Shown piece after piece: positions 59,634-64,000 of a DNA stretch of 64,000 nucleotides. Within the stretch, counting starts at the first letter, position 1. Every line of letters starts with the position of its first letter. Under the pieces are notes generated by a model that had not been told where the DNA came from, did not search any database, and was given only the letters and a program-made list of their open reading frames with translations. The DNA lies in contig NIVC01002952.1 of the NCBI GenBank assembly GCA_002269645.1, forward strand, positions 1 through 64,000, in the 5' to 3' direction. Position numbers and translations under genes: made by a program. Origin of the DNA: Macrostomum lignano. Its lineage: Eukaryota.

Positions 59634-60590
59634 TCAAGGCGGAGGCGGCGGTGGCTTGTTACCATAGCGAAGGCGCTCAAAGCTGCCAACTCCACCCACC
59701 ATGCGAACGGCTTCGTCTGCGTCCATGTGTTCGCCATTCTCTTCTTCGTCATCGAAAATGGCCGGCATTTCAACAGGCGGCCTTTCCACAGGTAGCACCA
59801 TCGGACGGGACGTGCCCAATGACATCGCTTCAACTTCGGCGGCAGCTTCCAGCTCTTCGGCAAAGATCACCGGCACATGCTTCTTGCCAACTAAGGCGTC
59901 ATGTAGAAACGCACCACCAACCGAGGCATCGCTGTGATCGTAAAACTGTTCAATATTGTTATTATCATTATAGTTAAATCGATGATCTCGTCGATACCAA
60001 CGACAACAAGGACAATAGTGGCGACAGCAGATTACTAATAGGATTAGTGACAATACTATGACGGCAATGCCAAGCAGAATGGTTAGACCTGGTAAGAACT
60101 CTGCGGTAGGAGCGGTTGCAGCAGATACTACTGTGCTTGCATTACCAGCCACTGGGGGCGTTAGTGTTGAAACTAAATATTCGGAAACTTCTCTATCTGT
60201 CGTTACTACCGCTGCTGCTTCTAGAGAAACTTGACTGTCGTATTGCGCCTGGAATGGAAACGCAAATGCAATAAATATACTTATAACTATAACATAAAAG
60301 CGACGCTGAGATGTAACATGAAGTCATGCAAAAATTAATCTTACTCTATTAGCTGCTCTAACTGCAGGATCAGGCATAGCCTCTAGTAGAATTGCTACAG
60401 AAGATGCTGAAAAAAGCGAAGCGACACCTGTAGGAATTAAGGAATATCAGGCAATGCGAAACTGTCACGGGGTTTAGCAGAGCGCTAAAAGCGAGGTTAG
60501 TTAATATTCAGTTGAATCGAGAGGGGCAGAGAGGATAGACTAGAGGTTAGGAAATAAGCAAAAAACACCCAGCCGCCCATGTCCGCCCAT
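59634..60590 (-). CDS. Predicted type I single-pass membrane protein (~240 aa), unknown family
   Basis: Model: 60590-60569 (weak GTGTTT donor, uncertain), 60427-60345, 60248-59634; phases 1 and 0 are consistent. Signal-like N-terminus, S/T/A-rich ectodomain, TM LTILLGIAVIVLSLILLVI, Cys cluster CCRHYCPCC, acidic tail ending YGNKPPPPP. Confidence 0.65.
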
Positions 60591-60907
60591 ACTCTCCGCT
60601 AGCTGCAGCATCCAATCCGATTAATAACTAGCTACAAAAATGGCCGAGTCAAGGACTTCTACACTAGCGCAAATTCTGGAATGAAAACCTAACTGTTATT
60701 AACATGTTCCAATTTACGAAGCATAATAAACTAACAAACTTAATTTGAATAAATCAACTAAAAGAATAATAGGGGAAGCTAATTTAAGTAAGTCAAGAAG
60801 TGGGCATGAAAATGCGCGCGAATACTGTACTGCAGGCATGTACGCTCACACAGGGTGTACACCGACCCTGACTTTCTAATCATCATCAAGCATGTACAAT
60901 CTCTGGG

Positions 60908-61679
60908 GGGTCTATGAAATTTGCTCGTGAGAAGTTAGCTTGCCGAAGTCTGCTTGCCGAACTTTGCCTGCCGAATTTTGCTTGCCGAACTTTGCTTGCA
61001 GAATTTTTCTTGCAGGAAATTTGCTTGCTGCACATAAGCTTGCCGAAGTTTGCTTGCAGGAACTTTGCTTGCCGAGATTTGCCAGCCACAGTTTTCTTGC
61101 GGAACCTTAGAGAATCTATTATTGAGCTCTTGTATTTCTAATTTTTGTTTTCTAAGATTCGTGGAAGTCGCCTATAGTGTTATGATTTTGTATGAGGATA
61201 TGGCGGATTTGTAAAGCCCTAATGCAGAACATCGTAAGATAAGATCGTTCTTAGCTCCCATCTCCGTAGTGTAAAAGTTCCGACGTACGATCGAACTTAC
61301 GCTACGACAGCTCTATATTGCAACCCCTAAATTCTTAGAATGAAACTCTATAAGCCTAGTTTGAAAGCTCAGTGTCAAGTCAGTTTACGTCGACGCTGAT
61401 AAGAATCCACTTGCAAAGCATCTGTATTAAGTAATAATTGACGGACCCACTTCACAAGCAATCAAAACAAGCAAGCAGACAAGAAAATATTCTAATTCGG
61501 CAAGTTAAAACCTTGCAATTGTGATTGCGAATTTCTAGGAAGCAGACATCAAAATTCCGCAAGCAAACTTCGGCAAGCAAAGTTTGGCAGGCAAAATTCC
61601 GCAAGCAAAGCTCGGCAAGCAAAGTTCGGCTAGCAAAATTCCTGCAAGCAGACTTCTCGCAAGCAAACGTCGTACTCCC
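60908..61679. mobile_element. Mutator-like (MULE) non-autonomous element (772 bp)
   Basis: Perfect 9-bp TSD ATCTCTGGG at 60899-60907 and 61680-61688; GGG..CCC ends; subterminal arrays TTTGCTTGCCGAA and TTCGGCAAGCAAA in opposite orientation. Confidence 0.78.
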
Positions 61680-62757
61680 ATCTCTGGGCTCTTATGAGCG
61701 AGAATTCAGCTATTCTAACGCTGAGCTGCTCTACTTGTACCCTTTAACGGTTTTTAAATCTTTTTCCAGATTCCCTATTCCAGATGTCCGTGGCTCCGCG
61801 CTTTGTGAGACATGGGAGGGGGGAAGAGAATAGCATAGGAACAGACTAACACAGCCTGCAATGACAGTATTCTTTAAAGAAGAAGGGATTATAATTTGAC
61901 AGAGGCGACTAAGAACAGGTAGGCACTGGAAAAAGCAGCTCAAAAAAGCGCTGAAGCAGAAATTAAGGTGTAGAAAAATCAGCAGAAAAAATGCTAGCTA
62001 ATGCTACTCAAAAAGAGCGCAGACTAAGAGGGCTGCGGATCTTTCGTCTAATTTAGGATTCTTCGCGTCGGGGTACACTTGATTAGCTTCGTTATAAAAA
62101 CAGGTATAATGCGCTTCCCTACCTAGGGGCATTGGTTTGCTATATGCTAGAATATGCCTGAGGGATTTGCTTCCTTCTAGTAGCAGCAATATAAGCTATT
62201 CGTTTTGCAACAGGCAAACAAGATAAGAAAGGGCTAACCCCTGTGCCGTTGCTTTGCATCGCTGCCTCTGCTGATGTTACTCTAAAAAACCAGTTTGCTT
62301 CCGCCAGAACGGATATGCGCTCGGCGAGGCAAAACGTCTTGTCGATCTGAGCATAAGGCAGACAAAAAGTTCCGTCTCTACTCTCTACTCATGTTCCTCT
62401 CTCTATCTGCTATCTGCTTTCTCGCTATTAGTTCTCACGCTCGCTTATCGACAAAATTGTTACTAAAACCCGAGGGAGCAATGAGTAGCTAGCTAGCTAG
62501 TTTCCTGATGTTGCTACAGCATGAAAACTCTGCTATGTGAGACTGAGCCATTGCTGACGGTAATAAATTATATGGGCTTGTATGGAACGCATTAACGATT
62601 GAAAATGATACATATGCATATTTGTGAAAGTGTGACAGTATAGCTTGTTGCGAAAATATACCAACTTAGTGTACAATGAGCTACTACGATTTTACAGAGC
62701 TATAGGACACTTGTACCTGTGCTTCAGGCACAAAGGCAAAGAAGTGGTTTATAAAGG

Positions 62758-63175
62758 ACTCAGTAGCTGTGTGGCAGTTTCCTAAGCAGGGCTCAGTAGC
62801 TGCAGGGGCAGTTTCCTAAGCAGGACTCAGTAGCTGCAGGGGCAGTTTCCTAAGCAGGGCTCAGTAGCTGTGTGGCAGTTTCCTAAGCAGGGCTCAGTAG
62901 CTGCAGGGGCAGTTTCCTAAGCAGGGCTCAGTAGCTGCAGGGGCAGTTTCCTAATCAGGGCTCAGTAGCTGCAGGGGCAGTTTCCTAAGCAGGGCTCAGT
63001 AGCTGCAGGGGCAGTTTCCTAAGCAGGGCTCAGTAGCTGCAGGGGCAGTTTCCTAAGCAGGGCTCAGTAGCTGTGTGGCAGTTTCCTAAGCAGGGCTCAG
63101 TAGCTGCAGGGGCAGTTTCCTAAGCAGGGCTCAGTAGCCGCAGGGGCAGTTTCCTAAGCAGGGTCCAGTAGCTGT
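62758..63175. repeat. 33/34-bp minisatellite (CTCAGTAGCTGCAGGGGCAGTTTCCTAAGCAGGG)n, ~12 copies
   Basis: Directly visible; two unit variants, no spacers. Confidence 0.93.
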
Positions 63176-63569
63176 AGCCGATTTAAAACCGATGGACAGT
63201 TCTATTATAGGCAGGTCATATGGAATGCCGTCGAGAAGAAACGCCAAGAATGCAATTAAATAGAAACAAACCCTCTTCCTTCATTGTACTGATAGTAGCG
63301 AGCTAAGCAATTTAACAGAAAATGATAAAACGTAGAAAAACTTTTTTACGAACGAATTTGATATCCTTTATTAAATACTCGTATAAAGTACAGAGTAGCA
63401 GTTAGTACAATTTTAATTGAAATCGCCGTGACAAAAATCTGATGCTAGAAAACTGACACAAGCTAACAGTTGAAATTGGCCTAAAATATGTTATGAATTG
63501 CGAAATCCAGACTAAATGAGTATTATTATCTAGCAATTAATTTTATAGGACTTATTACGATGAAAAACT

Positions 63570-63870
63570 GGAATTGGAAAACTGGGAGATCCGGGAGACT
63601 AAGGGTTGGGAGACTGGGAGATAAACGATTGGGAGACTGGGGGATGAAGGATTGGGAGACTGGGAGATGAGGGATTGGGAGACTGGAAGATGAAGGATTG
63701 GGAGACTGGGAGATAAAGGATTGGGAGACTGAAAGATGAAGGGTTGAGAGACTGGGAGATGAAGGATTGGGGGACTGGGAGATGAAGGATTGGGAGACTG
63801 GGAGATGAAGGATTGGGAGACTGGGAGATGAGGGATTGGGAGACTGGAAGATGAAGGATTGGGAGAGCTA
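63570..63870. repeat. ~23-bp minisatellite (GGGAGACTGGGAGATGAAGGATT)n
   Basis: Directly visible. Confidence 0.9.
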
Positions 63871-64000
63871 AATAAAGACTATAAAACCAGGACCCTAAAC
63901 AGCTTTCACTCCGAGAGCTATCACCGAATCTGCACGGCCCAACGAGTCACAGCAGACTTGGCAATCTGGTCGTGAACTGTTCGAGCCTCCTCGCTAGTCA

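Noticed and set aside
62758-63175. CRISPR-like 33-34-bp repeats
   Set aside because: No spacers; a plain minisatellite. The same applies to the 71-mer at 58545-59200.

Overview
This is eukaryotic (animal) genomic DNA with GT-AG introns, GC-rich exons and introns packed with mini- and microsatellites. The style suggests a free-living flatworm such as Macrostomum, but that is inference only. Gene models rebuilt by hand with consistent splice phases: (1) a nicotinic-type Cys-loop receptor subunit (minus, 9172->436) with a remodelled ligand site; (2) a small single-pass membrane protein (15925-16401); (3) a 3-exon, ~1347-aa gene joining ~20 ankyrin repeats to an apparently intact cGAS/Mab-21-like nucleotidyltransferase (19032-23252), the most interesting item; (4) an intronless SoxB1-type HMG gene; (5) a calmodulin gene followed by a divergent, identically sized duplicate of its second exon; (6) a KDM7/PHF8-type JmjC demethylase whose last exon carries three C2H2 zinc fingers (minus, ~54018->45886); (7) a second single-pass membrane protein (minus, ~60590->59634). 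Mobile DNA: a 5'-truncated RTE-like LINE with a perfect 10-bp TSD, two tRNA-derived SINEs (one with a CORE-like block), a decayed piggyBac nested in a hAT-like MITE, several TSD-bounded MITE/foldback elements, and about 30 tandem arrays. Most long ORFs in the supplied track are repeat artefacts. No CRISPR array, rRNA or true tRNA gene was found.
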